Assembly: GCF_018977255.1 (NCBI RefSeq)
Contig: NW_024704742.1
Location: 124,932,001-124,996,000 of the forward strand
Origin: Callorhinchus milii
Taxonomy: Eukaryota
Direction: 5' to 3'
Length of the DNA: 64,000 nucleotides
In this document: positions 51,000 to 64,000 of the stretch, one piece after another
How positions within the stretch are numbered: the first letter of the stretch is position 1
Layout: every line of letters starts with the position of its first letter
Position numbers and translations under genes: made by a program
Notes under the pieces: model-generated
Databases searched by the model: none
What the model was told of the DNA's origin: nothing
The model's input: only the letters and a program-made list of their open reading frames with translations

Positions 51000-52680
51000 G
51001 GTGGTCTATAGTATACATAACAAAGTAACAGTTCATTTTCTGTTCCTTAACGGTAACAAAATAGATTCTATTTTTGGACCCTCTAGCACAGCATCCCTTT
51101 CCAGGGCCGTAACCGTGTCTTTAATCAATATTGCCACTCCCCATTCTTTTTTTCCCCTTCCCTGTCCCTCCTGAATACATTGTTGCCAGGAATATTCAGC
51201 TCCCATTTCTGCCCTTGTTTACCATTACATCATAACCCCATGTGGCAACTTGAGCCTACAGCTCACTAATCTTATTTGTCACACTCGTGCATTTACGCAC
51301 ATGCACTCCAAGACCAATTTAGTCTGTTCTGCATTTCTCCCCTTCTAATCCCTCCTTTTTCTGGATTATTCCTGATCACATTGTTATTCGTCTCTCCCAG
51401 CCCTCAATGTAATTTGTATGTCCTCTCTAATGCTACATCCTGATTCCCTTCACCCCACAAAATTAGTTTAAACCCTTCCCCGCATCACTAGTTAACCTCC
51501 CTGCGAGGACATTGGTCCCATCCTTGTTTAGGTGTAACCCATCCACCTTGTACAGGTCCCACCTGCACCAGAACTGGTCCCAATGATCCAGGAACCTGAA
51601 GCCCTTCTTTCTGCACCATTTCTCCAGCCATGCATTCATGTGTTTGATCCTGCTGCTTTGACACTCACTTGCACAAGGCACTGTGAGTAATCCAGAGATC
51701 ACCACCTTTGAGTTCCTACTCTTTATCTATTTCCCTAGCTTCTGATACTCTCCCTGTAGGATCTTAGCCATTTTTTTCCTTATGACATGGATCCCAACAT
51801 GGACCACGACTTCTGGATTTTCGCCTTCCCCCTATAGAATATTTTGCATAATTTCCATGAAGTCTTCAACCCTGGCACCAGGGAGGCAACATACCATGTG
51901 AGAGTCATGTCTTTGGTTGCAGAAACACCTATTTACTCCATTGACCATTGTGTCCCCAATGACAATTGCATTGACACTCTTCTGTGTCCCTCCCTGTGCA
52001 TCCATTTGCTTTTGACTCCCCTCCCCAGAGATGTCATCACCCTGACCGGTATTCAGTGCAGAGAACTGGTGTGTGAGTGCCACACTCTCAAGGGATTTCT
52101 GCACTGCATGTCCCCTCTTTCTACCATGCTGGGTGGTCATCAATTCGCTCTCCTTCTGAACCCTCTGTGGCTGTGGGGTTACCACTTCCTGAAACGTTTG
52201 ATCCATGAACTCTTCAGCCTCCCTTATGCTAAGTAGTGACACCAGCCTCTCCTCAAGCTCAGAAAGTCTGATCTCAAGCTCGAACAGCCAGAGGCACTTC
52301 CTACACATGTGTCTGTCCAGGGCACACAAAGCATCCTGGAGTTCCCACATTGAAACAATGTGCATGCAATTTGTCTCAACTGCCCTGCCATATTCTCAGA
52401 CATGTTTCATATTATCTTAATATAACTATTATATATTTTATAATTATGCATCTTTTTCCCCCTCTGCACCGAATTCCACTCTCACCAAATCCCTTAACAT
52501 AATTCTCACTGTTCCACCTCACTCTTACATATCAGGTTGCCTCTACCTCAAGATATATTTCCCACTCTTCTGCTGAATGAAAGAGTTCTCTCGCTGGAGA
52601 AATCCCACTTTCACCAAATTCCTTAACAGAATTCTCACTCTTTTCCACCTCACTCACTTTCCTTCTCATGCTGCTGGGCT
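51000..52680 (-). mobile_element. CR1 LINE 5' region: 5'UTR, ORF1 (zinc finger, coiled coil, SGNH esterase) and start of ORF2 endonuclease
   Basis: MWEL...HMCRKC..LELEIRLSELEERL, IVIGDTMV...VCCLPGARVED, VISGLL...NAWLEKWCRKKGFRFLDHW...DGLHLN; CVNAR and YRPP remnants; stops present. Confidence 0.9.
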
Positions 52681-53452
52681 CTCTGCTTAAGTTAATGATG
52701 TAAATCATTGCATTATGTGCTTTTAAAACATTAAACTTTGCTGACTTTTCTTTATGGCTTATGATGTCCCATAAATGACTTTTAAAGAAAAGAGAGTTTC
52801 ATTCGTTGGTTTGCGATGCATCTAAACTCAGATCGGAAAGGTGAAAAGTCCAAATTATTGCAATCTACTCTCTGGAGGATGCATCAAACAAGTAAAAATA
52901 CATCCATGGAGCAAGCGAGTGGTGCTGTTTCACATGGGTACTGAATTCCTTTTGTCTTTGATGTTAAGAAGCCACTGGTTATCAAAAGTTTTTGACCGAC
53001 TGCCAGAGTTAGTACAGGCTTTACTGTACTGCAGAAGTAAATATAGCTGTAGATTTTGTATCTCTTCAGTCCGATAAAGCTGAAAGCTCATTTGATGTTC
53101 AGTCGCTGAACAGCTGGTCTTTTGCTTTTAGAAGCCACATAAGTTCTTGCTTCAGTTCTGCAGGAAAACAATATATTTCACACTGCACCAGCACCTGACA
53201 AGGTTGTTTCTAACTCTTTGCCCACCTGGAGTGATACCCACTCAGGTAACAGGTCAGACCGTTCCCAGGCTTATACAATGTCAGTTCTGCCCTCTTGGTG
53301 CAAATACAATCTACTAATGATGCTCTTGAATCAGGAAACCACTTACTAACAGACACAGGGGAATATTTAGCTAAAAGGTGATGCCAAGCCAATTGTACCA
53401 ACCATTGTCCTAGATCCCAAGAAAGAGTAAACAAAGAGCAAGGATTGAACAT

Positions 53453-53797
53453 TGGAGTCCTGTCACCTCGCAAGCCAGAGGATCCGGGTTTGATTCACAG
53501 CAGGGTGAAACCTTAAGCAAGTTTCCTTACTTCACATGTCTCTGTTTATCTAGCAGTAAGTAGGAACCTGGTTGTTAGTCGATTGGTGGATGAATTTCCA
53601 GGGGTAATAACACTTTCAAAAAAAATGTGGTCAATCAATCCGCGACTATTTGTGGGACACTGTTACACAATTGGCTGCAACATTTTGCCCACAAAATATA
53701 CAGCCAATTCAATTAACAGTATATTCTGTGAAGCACTTTAAACCTCTCAATGACATGATAAGGCACTACATCAAATGCAGAGATTATTATTATTATT
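53453..53797 (+). mobile_element. tRNA-Ala SINE, long subfamily, head partly deleted
   Basis: TGGAGTCCTGT..., long internal segment, (ATT)n tail. Confidence 0.85.
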
Positions 53798-54495
53798 GGA
53801 CCTTTCTAAATTTGAGCCATTGTTGCGCTCTTACAGCATTTCCAAGGTCTGATATTAGTCTGGCTTCTTAAACCTATTTTGAACACTTTTTGCAAAATTG
53901 TAGAAAATTCTAAAATTCATTCTTAATTTGGAAGCTGTTTTTCAGCAGTTCTTTTAAAAAAAACTTTCAAGTTAACTTCTGCATGCAGGTAGATTTACTC
54001 AACTTTAAATTCATTTAAAATTTAAAAATATCCGTATTTTGTCTCCGAAGCTTCTGAAAATGCTCAGTATTTTATATTAATATGGCACAACATTTAATAA
54101 CTATCACAATGAATCCATTATGAAATCATATTTTCTATTATGTCAGAGTACCCATCTGATAATGCCAAATTATAATAATTATCAATAATAATAATGATCA
54201 TTTTGCATTTGATGTTGCACTTGGCATTTTGGGACAACTTCTCAAAGGGCTTCACAGGATTTAAATTGTAGTGACTGGGTACTCTTTGTAACCAATATGT
54301 ACACAGTGAAGTGCATCAAATAGCCATTTAGTGAATGACCTTCTGAGGGTTGATGGCCAGGACAGCAGGAGAAACTCGCTTCTCTTTCTAACTTGTGCCA
54401 ATGGGAGTCTTCAAGTGAACAGCCAGACAGGATCTCGGTTTAACGTTATATTTGTCTCCAACAATACAGTGTTCCCCAATACTGTATTGGAGTGT

Positions 54496-55568
54496 CAACA
54501 ACAACAAGATTACATTTGTATAGCGCCTTTCACATTGGGAGGACGTCCCAATGTGAAACAGAGTACAGCATTTCAGACCCGAGCAGGGGTTGGAGGGAAG
54601 GGAGGGGAAGGGGGGTGGCCGATGGCATGGTCGAAGAGGAGGGTCGTGAGGTGGGACTTGAAGGAGGCTACGGAGGGGGCGAGGCGGAGTGACTGGGTGA
54701 TGGAATTCCAGAGGTTGGGGGCAGAATGGCTGAAGGCTCTCCCGCCAATGGTGGTGGGGGGGGGGTTGGGTCGGGGGACAGGCCAGAGCCGGCTGAGCAG
54801 AGGGAGCGGGCGGATTGGTAGGGGGTCAGGAGGTCACAGAGGTAGGGTGGGGCGAGGCCATGGAGGGCTTTGTATGTGAGGACCAGGATCTTGAACTGGA
54901 TCCTCTGAAGGATAGGGAGCCAGTGGAGTTGGGAGAGAGTGGGGGAGATGGGGGTCACAGAGTTTAATGCGGGAGAGGACACGGGCTGCAGAGCTCTGGA
55001 TTATCTGCAGCCTGTGGAGGGAGGAGCTGGGAAGTCCGACAAGCAGGGCGTTTGCATAGTCGAGCTTGGAGGTGATGAAGGCATGAACAAGAGTTTCAAT
55101 GGTCTGAAGGGTGAGGTAGTGGCGGAGTCAGGTGATGGTATGGAGGTGAGGGAAGGCAGAGCGGGTCATGGCTTGAATGTGGGGGAGAAAAAACAGTTGA
55201 GGGTCGAACAAGACACCTAGGTTCCTGACTGGCTTGGTGAGTTGTAGTGTGCAACCATGGAGGTTGATGTTGCCAGAGCCTGAGGTGCTGAGGCGTTGGC
55301 GCGAGCCAATCAGGAGGGCCTCAGTCTTGTTCACATTCAACTGCAGGAAATTTACCCTCATCCAGGACTTGATGTCCGAAAGGCAGTCTGTCAGGACAGA
55401 CGTGGTCCTGGAGTTGAGGGTGGAGGCAGAAAGATAGAGTTGGGTGTCATCCGCATACATATGGAAGTTGACCCCATGTCTGCGGATGATGTCACCAAGG
55501 GGGAGCATGTAGATATTAAAGAGGAAATGGCCAAGGACAGAGCCCTGGAGGACGCCAGATGTGACAGT
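54496..55568 (-). mobile_element. L2 LINE RT fragment nested in a Deu-type SINE
   Basis: [22 protein letters not shown]...[23 protein letters not shown]; putative TSD GTCAA at 54494-54498 and 55567-55571; host ~54190-55650. Confidence 0.94.
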
Positions 55569-55779
55569 CAATCTTGACTGTGAGTTCAAATGTCCAACGT
55601 AAGGCTTGAAAGCACAACCTTGTAACTCAGAAGAAGGCTGTCAAATGAGCCATGGCTCTCAATGCCATTCTCCATACTTTAAAAGTAAAATAAGTAAAAG
55701 TATAAATTTTCACATATTTACTTTTTGCCTTCTTAAAATTTTAGTTTTAATCTTAACAAAGATTCTAAATATAAATATT

Positions 55780-56115
55780 ATTAATAATCATATTCCTTTG
55801 ATTTGAAATGGTACCTTTCACGATCGGAGGAAATCTCAAAGTGCTTCACAGGATTTACTTAAAGTGTAGCGACAGGGCATTTTGTAGGTGAATGCTGCAT
55901 CTAATTTATGCATAGCAATGTCCCACAAATGCCATGAAGTGAATGACCTATTTTAACTGGTTATTGTTAGCAAGAATACTGGGAAAATAGTGCCATGGGA
56001 TCTTTTACGTCAACCTGAGCAGGCACATAAGAACTTGGTTTAACATCTCATCCAAAGGACAACACGTCCTACAATACAGAGGACCTGCATCATTCATTGG
56101 AGTGACAGCCACCAT
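55780..56115 (-). mobile_element. Deu-domain SINE relic
   Basis: AATAGTGCCATGGGATCTTTTACGTC...GGTTTAACATCTCATCC. Confidence 0.68.
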
Positions 56116-57989
56116 TATGCTTCAGTGAGCTTTGCAATTTTTTTCAGCGCATTACTGATACCTTCCTTGTAGCTTGCGCGTATTTAAGTGCAGGCTGGAA
56201 ATAATGCAGCCAAGTGCATTTCAAATGTTACTGAAAATGTGGAAAGTAGCTTGAATAACATTGAACTTTGAGTTGCAAAAGGGATTACAATGTAATATAT
56301 GAATTATTCAAACAGTGTGAATATTCATAGCACAACTTATCCTTTGATGCTATCTCTGTTGAGTATGTTGACTGAGTGTCGTATATGGAATAGTTAAGCA
56401 CTGAAAAACAGGTTCAATGAAATATCATCTATTGTTGAAGAGGAATTATGAATGACAATCAACCAGAACTTGTCAGTTATTTAATCCATAAGTGGTGCAT
56501 CTGTCACAGAGTAACTGAGTTTAGCTCTAATACTAGAGCTGTACCAAATGCTGGATTTAGGTGCATAGCACATAGCCTCATGGTATGGGGCTATGGTATA
56601 TGGTAGGTGTCCGCCTGGCTCAGTTGGTAACACTCTTGCCTCTGAGTCTATTTCGCCTCTATGCAAATGTAATTTCTTGTTATTCTTGAGTCAGAAGTTT
56701 GTGAGTTCAAGCCCCACATCGGGAAATGGACTCACAGTTTAGGCTGACACTCCAATGCAGTGCTGGGGGAATGCTGCATTACTGGAGATACATCTCTCTT
56801 TCTCTTACTCACCATGCATAATAAAGGAAGTTAAAGGAAGCTATAGTAATGTCTTCCACACCACTCACTTTCAGTCTCAAACACAAATTCCAAAACTCCC
56901 TTAACATTTTCACTGGTTGTTGGCTAACAAAGGGCCTTTCCATAAAAAGGACAACATAATTTACCCCTTCTAGCAGTTATAGACATGCACACAAAAGCTG
57001 AAGAGGTGTGAATGAAAGCTGTTTGTCATGGAACAACACATATTTTTTCCTGAGTTGCACAGAAACTCCAAACTATTGATCAATTGCTCTTTGAGGAGAT
57101 TTTACTAATTATTTGATTTACAGAAAGAAGATAGAGGGAAATTGAGTGCCTGGCAAATACCACAGTGCAGCATCTTTTGGCAGGTTCATTTTAATGTATC
57201 CAATGCAGCTGAAAGGGGAATGAGGTGTCTGAATGGATCCATTAATTTAATTGAAGTAAGTTACGTCAAGAGATAAAACATCTAGAGGCTGCATCTCTTC
57301 AGACTACAGCTCTTCAGTTTGCACTTTGGTAAATAGTCAGGGAGCCTTACAGAAAAATCAGTGGACAAGATATATAGTGTGTAGAGACTTCAAGGCTGCA
57401 GACTATCAACAGTGGGAGGCATGAATAGACGTTGAAGAGGTTTTGGGTTCAAAATAAGTGTTCTACCTAATAAGTGTTCTCCCTACATGAGCTTTTTGTT
57501 CATATGTGAGCTACCTGTACATAGAATACATATGAGTAATCCACTTTTCCTCAGTAAAGTTTCTTTCTAAGAGGTTGCTTGAAAGGTACCACATCTCAGT
57601 CTCTTCTCTCTCTTGACAGCTGGTGATAGAACCTTGCAAAATGGAACAATACAGATGAAATTAAAGATTGTGTGTCTATCTCCCACCCCGGCATATGGAA
57701 AGTGGCTTTTATCTTCCTTTTTCCACCTTGGTACTCACACTACGTATTTTCCAGGTAGGTTTCTACACTTTTACACAGTTTCTTTAATTCAGGGTGTACT
57801 TCAATTATGCGAGGGAATCAATGGGGATAGTGGTTATAGAATTAGACTGAACTACAGTTGTACATTATAAGGATCTCGAAGGAGAAGAATAGAGAAGACA
57901 TAAACATTCAGCTCTATTGTCTGATTCCAGGGACAGGGGGAATAGATTCAGAAACAGTTTGTATTCTTATCACATGAAAATGTCTCAGT

Positions 57990-58315
57990 TCAGCTTGGTT
58001 CAGTTGGTAGTATCTTGCTTCTGATTCAGAAAATCCAGGTTGGTATACCATTACAAATGCCAGGGAGTGCTGCAATGTTATTATTCAGATGGATGTTAAA
58101 AATCCCATGGTACTAACCAAAAAGAGAAGGCAGTATATAAAATTGGTCATTCACTTCATGGATGTTCGTGGAACATTGCAGTGTACAAACCGGTTGCTGC
58201 GGTCACTCACATAATACACAGTCACCACACTTTACAGTATATCCTGTGAAGCACTTTGAAATCGTCCTCCCTATGTGAAAGGTGCTATATCAAATGTAAG
58301 ATTTACTATTATTAT
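57990..58315 (+). mobile_element. Deu-domain SINE relic
   Basis: GGATGTTAAAAATCCCATGGTACTA...GTGAAAGGTGCTATATCAAATG. Confidence 0.62.
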
Positions 58316-59023
58316 TCACATCCAAATATCTATACTGTTAATACTATTTGCTAGATTCTGAAAATTGATGTATCTGTATCTAAACAGTAAATACCTTGCA
58401 ATAAAATATTGCAGTGCCTGTTAAATTATTCAAAAGTTATAGGTGCCTCAGAAACAACAACTTGCATTCATATAGTGCCCTTCATGTAGGATTGCTTAGA
58501 GCACTTGTTAAAATACCAATCTAACAGTTGGGTTGTAAACAGTGGACATTTTTTATCATTGACTCATATCATTGTAATCATATATGTACTATAAATTCTC
58601 TGGCACCTCACACAAGAGGGCAATCTTATCGTCTGAATCTAGACCGTGAGTTACGTAGGTAGATAGGTTTAGTAACTATATATAGATCCAATCCTGTCTT
58701 CACCTGTTATCCACACAGGATGATTTCCCATCAGGGTCAGCACCTGGAACCTTGTTTCATTCTCTCCTCCCTTGCCTTGTTGAAGTGAAACCATTTTGTA
58801 GAATCACAGAATAATTCAGCACAAAAGCAAACCATTCAGCTCAACTGAATCTATTCTGCTGTTTTTCTGTGTATAACCTAGTTAACCAAATCCCACTCTC
58901 CTACTTGCTCTGCATGCCATTTAATATTCTTTTTCAGCATTTATTTAGTTCCCTTTTGAAATATTTTATGGACAATTTAGGACTGCATTACCAGTTCAAC
59001 TGAGTTTGTCTAACTGAGCACAT

Positions 59024-59264
59024 CTGCTGTGCACAATTGGCTGCCGTGTTTCACCCACAAATATACAGTCAATTCATTTTACAGTGTATTCTGTGAAGCG
59101 CTTTGAGACGTCTCAAAGACGCGATACAGCACTATATATAGAGTGAGTAACTGGACTCAAGGTAAAGATCATCCATGATCTTACAAAATGGCGGAACAGG
59201 CTCGAGGGACTGAATAACCTACACCTGTTTCTATGCTTCCATATCAAATGCAAGGATTATTATT
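59024..59264 (+). mobile_element. SINE 3' half with a 100-bp CR1 3'UTR insertion (59141-59240)
   Basis: SINE tail GCACTATAT|ATATCAAATGCAAGG interrupted by GATCATCCATGATC...AATGGCGGAACAGGCTCGAGGG. Confidence 0.78.
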
Positions 59265-61478
59265 GTCTGACTAGGATGGAACCTAGGAGCTTACTGCTCC
59301 AAAATGCACTGTGAAGTGGCTTTGCTCACGCAGTCATGAGAAAAGACAAAAANGATTTTTATCCCCTGAACCAAGTTGTAAGAATTCTTTGAAGTGGAGC
59401 CCCTTGTCCCATTAACACTACAACGCATTATAAACCAGGGTGCTGGACATGATCGCTTTGTGCGACCACATCCTCTACCACTACCATCAGTGGAGCAGCT
59501 GTCATCACTGCTCACGTCTTGTCAATAAGCATGTATGATGTGTGTATGTGTCTGTGCATGTACACAAGCCATTGTGATTAGGTGTTGGAGGATGGAAGGA
59601 TGGTGCTGGCTGCTTCAGTCTGCCAACAGAAAGCTCTAATGTAAAGATCCTTAATCATGTGAGGATTATGTTGGCATTTTTGCACTTTGTCCAAAAATAA
59701 TACAATATGTTCATTCAAAACATATCATACGCATAGGAGGATACTTGTCTTTATTGGGGTCTGAATTCTGATCAAGAGTCATTAATAAAAAGCCTGAGTC
59801 GCAAATTAAATCTCCCCCTTGTAATGGACAGACCTCATGCTGACAGGAGGTAAAGGAGATCTGGATGTCAATCGCTCTGGACATCAAACCCACTGACACA
59901 ACGTAGTCCCAGTTAAAGGAAGGAGTTAAAAATAATACTTCTAAAATATAGGGCCTTTCACATCAGGGGATGTTTCAAAGTCTGGAACAACCTACTTCAT
60001 ATCCCCCTCCCTGGTTGAATTGGCCTGCCATCTTTTGGCAAGTTTTCAGCCATTCTGTCCCCACTTCTTCAACTCTATCCAGGTATCCATCCCTCTGCCT
60101 CGATGCCTCTCTACCCAAACCAGCCTTAAAACCTTAAGACCACTTCCTCCCCAGCTCGGGTTCTCAGTCAGCTGTGTGACGCGCTTTGAGACATCCTCCC
60201 CACATGAAAGGTGCTACATAAATTGTTGCTGTTGTTGTTAATCATGATGACATTGATCCTCAGAATCCTGAACCTGAGTTACAGCTTTGTAACTAAACCA
60301 GACACATAAAGTGATACTTTTTCCAGCTACTGTACATTTCCTCAACAAACAGATACATTTTCCTCTGGTAAGAATTAGACACTCATGTCCCCTGGCAGAA
60401 ACCAGGCAGAAAAGACACATTCGCAATTCCTGTAAAGACATGTGCCACAGGGAATGTTTTATAAACACAGGCGATCCCTCTTTTACATACCTCCTGGTTG
60501 AAAGCAGATTCCCTATTTATTCTTCACCTATTGCTGTCAATCATAGGAGTTTAAAGAAGTGGTTTAATTGGCACTTGCTTCATAAACTCTACCACATAAT
60601 AATCTTCTTGCCATATAATGAGTAGACATGTACAGCAGAGCATATAATCTGATAATTAGTAATCTAATTTCCTTTGAGCAGAGAATGGTCTTTCGAAGCC
60701 ACAATCCTGCATTTAAGCTGAATGTAAGCTCTACTGGGTGGCATGAAATTCTGTTATCGTTTGTACTGTTGAGTGTCATTTGCTTACTTTTGTGTGGTCA
60801 GACCACTTCTCCTGAGCGAGCGCAGGCATAACAGCGGTCTTTCTGTGGGGCTGCATGAAAAATGATTTAAAGGGGTGAAAAACAATCAAATAAATAAATC
60901 CCCAGGGTTTATAGACACTTTGGGGGGTGACAAATATCACTTTTAATGTGATCATTATTACTGGTAATGATTATTACATCACCAGAACATGGTCATGTTT
61001 CAGTCAATGACTGCTGAACACTCTCCTCTTCCTTCCCCCCACCCAACATCACCATAACGGTTGTGAAAGCCATTGAGTGAATTATCACTGCCAATTGAGC
61101 TTCAATCAATCTCTCCTAGCTCAGTTCACATTTTTAAAATATCTGTCTTTTTATTGTTTGTTAGGAAACCGGGATCGTACTTGCTGGAAAACTAGTCTGG
61201 GAGTCAGGTCTGGGCATATGTGATTACTGGCTCTTCATATTAGGTGGTTCAGATCAGATCTGGGTTTCACATTGCTGGGTTGTATGTCTCTGGGTCTTTG
61301 TAGATTGACTAGATGTACAAATCTGAAGCAACGTCAATAACAACTCACAGAAAAGAAATATCTTGTAAGTAATTTCCCATTCCGCTAAATTCATCCTTTA
61401 TTATGTCTCTCCTTCAGATGAGTCGTTAAACCAAGGTCCTATCAGCCTGTCGACGTTAAATATCCCATTACAATATTT

Positions 61479-61684
61479 AATAATAATCCTTGCATTTGAT
61501 ATAACGCTTTTCACATCAGGAGGACGTCCCAAAGCGCTTCACAGAACACACTGTAAAGTGAATTGACTGTATATTTGTGGGCGAACGTGGCAGCCAATTG
61601 CACACAGCAATGTTCCGCGAACAGTCGTAGATTGAAAATGACCAATTTATTATTGTTTTTGGTTTTTGGAGGGATTATTATTAT
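61479..61684 (-). mobile_element. young SINE, 5'-truncated, nested in a plus-strand Deu SINE (~61410-61915)
   Basis: Near-identical to 10005-10209; putative TSD TATTT at 61474-61478 and 61682-61686. Confidence 0.88.
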
Positions 61685-64000
61685 TTTGAAAAGAGAATGG
61701 AATTTCTCCCTGGTTAAAAATCCCCCAAATTTTGGGGATTTGGGGTATTGTTGGCCAGGACAATGTTTCACAAACAGCCACTCCATGGGTATTTGTGGAA
61801 CATTGCTGTGTGCAAACTGGCTGCTGTGTTCGCCCACAAAATACACAGTCACATCAGTTTTCAGGATATCCTTTGAAGCGCTTTCAAATACAAGTTCTAA
61901 TGTTATTATTATTATTTTGCTGGTATATTATCTCTCGCTTACCAAGCTTTAAAGGCACCAAGTCCTGGAATATAATAGAGTACAATACAATTTACATTTT
62001 TGTAGCACCTTTCATATCGGAGTCCGTCTAAAAGCGCTTTACACAGCTGGCTGGGCACCGAGCCAAGGTGAGGGGGGAGCTGAAGAGGGTGAGCAGGGAA
62101 GTAATAAGTGTGCAGAGTTTGTTACAAGCAGCATCACGGTGAGATTATAGAAGTTTGTCTTTCTTGTGATCTTTTGTGTGGAGTGAGTGAGGGCACAAGG
62201 ACAATTACAGCATTCAGGTGCAAGCTCAGACAAGCGTGCATGAGAGCTAATATTTCAATTTGCCAATATTTCTGAATCTCAGATTGTGGAATTATAGTAC
62301 TTCAACTGAGATTACAGTCAGTTTGCGGAGAGCTTCAAAGGGAGGCCTGGAATCAACTCAAGTCATGTTGACATTCTCAAAAGGAATAATTTAGGATCGG
62401 GCTTTATTTTAACCTTATCCTCTGGAGTTTCTTCATGTTGTGCTCCTTAATACTAATATATAATACTAATGATCATTACATTTGACAGCACCTTTCACGT
62501 CAGGAGGAAATCTCAAAGCACTTCACAGGATATACTAAAGTGGAGTAAGCAAATCTGCTAAGAAACATTGTAGTTTTCATCTATTTTGTTTTTTTATATT
62601 TATTTTACTAATCAACACTAGGGTTTATACTGCAGCGAAAACGATGCTTTTGTAGCTTTGTGAGAAGAAATTGCATCAGAATCTAGATTTTCTCTGTTTA
62701 TGTAGATTTACTTTGTTTATATAGCACTTCAGAAAGTCCAGAATTTTGCAAATTCTTAAATATAACCTTGATTTTCAAGTTTCTTTTAAGAACTGCAGGA
62801 GGAAATGACTTTCAAAGTTCAGGCACGCGCTGAAAACTCCTGAACTAGTCAACTCAAGGAGTCAGAAGATTCTGTACTGTTGACTTCACAAAATCAGATT
62901 AGATGAAGAAGGCACTTTGGCCTATCTGGTCTCAGACCTCCAGAATACCCAGCCCACCATCCTCCATCACAGCATCAAGCTGCTTTTTTAAATGTGCCAA
63001 TTCTCCTGGCCTCAACCACCCATCCTGGTAATGTGTTCTAGTCATTAATTACCCACTGAATAAAGAACACCTTCCTGGTGTCTGTCCTGAACTTGCCCTT
63101 TGCAACTCTAAACCTATGACCATTTGTTATGCAGTCATTGTGCATCCCATTTTAAATGCTTTGGGAAATCCTCCTGACGTGAAACATGCTATAATAATGT
63201 AAATGTATATTGTATCTTGAAGTATTGTTCAGCACTCTGAGTGGTTAGCCCCTATGAAAGGTCCTAATATCAGTGCAAATTGTTGGTGTTATTGTTGCTT
63301 TGAGTTCCTTTTATAACATTTTATACACCTCTATAAGCTCTCATCTAAATCATCTTCTCTCAAAAATGAAGAGTCCTAACTTATCTAATTGTTGCTCCTA
63401 ACACATTCCTAACGTCAGTATTAAGAGCTAAATTGTTTTGTAAGCCTGTATATATATCATAAAGACAAATCCTGAAATATGAATCTTTCAGTGACTCTAC
63501 CATTATAAATGTCTTCAATAAATTCACTTAAATACACCAAGAACATTGTGTTATTTAAAGTCAACATGGATATCAAATAAATCAACAACAGTGCCTGAGA
63601 AAAACTAAACCAGCACAGAAACAGGGGATTTTCATATTTTACTAATGGTTTAGGGACTGATTTCAAATTACTAGCTGATCAACCAAGAAAAGGAATTTAT
63701 CATTGAGTGATAACTGAGCAAAAACAGCTGCTTGAGTTCCAACAGTGTGAGTTATTGCAAAGAAAAGTACCTGTATTTGTATTCAATCGTGAGTATGGAT
63801 GAAGAATGCAATAGCTTTCTTTTTTGAATACACAAAGCAAAAGGGACCTTTACTTATCTGATAATAAATACAAAGCCATGGTCACTTTGTCAAGTTCTCT
63901 GTGATGGGTTGTCTGAAACTGATGGAAAGAATGAGAGAAGGAAGAAGAAGTCTGCAGAGTTTCACTGAGACAAATTGCAGTTCTTAAAACAACAGCTTGC

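Noticed and set aside
54331..54879. 182-aa ORF, the longest in the track
   Set aside because: Runs across a Deu SINE and antisense L2 3' region; not a gene

Overview
Vertebrate genomic DNA with no recognisable intact host gene, consistent with a gene desert or large intron. The repeat content suggests a cartilaginous fish, probably a holocephalan; this is an inference from recalled repeat families. The window is dominated by retroelements: about 18 copies of a young tRNA-Ala(TGC)-headed SINE in long and short subfamilies, older Deu-domain (SacSINE1/AmnSINE1-like) SINE relics, L2-clade LINE fragments, and CR1 fragments including a 5' piece with an SGNH-esterase ORF1. The most notable signals are: (1) a palindromic, TSD-flanked, non-coding element in 3 copies whose arms carry a minimal type-I hammerhead-ribozyme-like core, typical of Penelope-like elements; (2) a Gypsy gag CCHC knuckle plus MYND-like relic at 9.36-9.68 kb that the ORF track misses; (3) a covarying 3' stem-loop shared by the SINE and L2, with reciprocal nesting; (4) repeat-free, homeodomain-motif-rich islands resembling conserved non-coding enhancers, one with a perfect 13-bp palindrome; (5) a degenerate ~40-bp minisatellite. 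Nearly all listed ORFs are repeat-derived or spurious. Family names come from recall and need Dfam/Repbase confirmation; relic boundaries are approximate.
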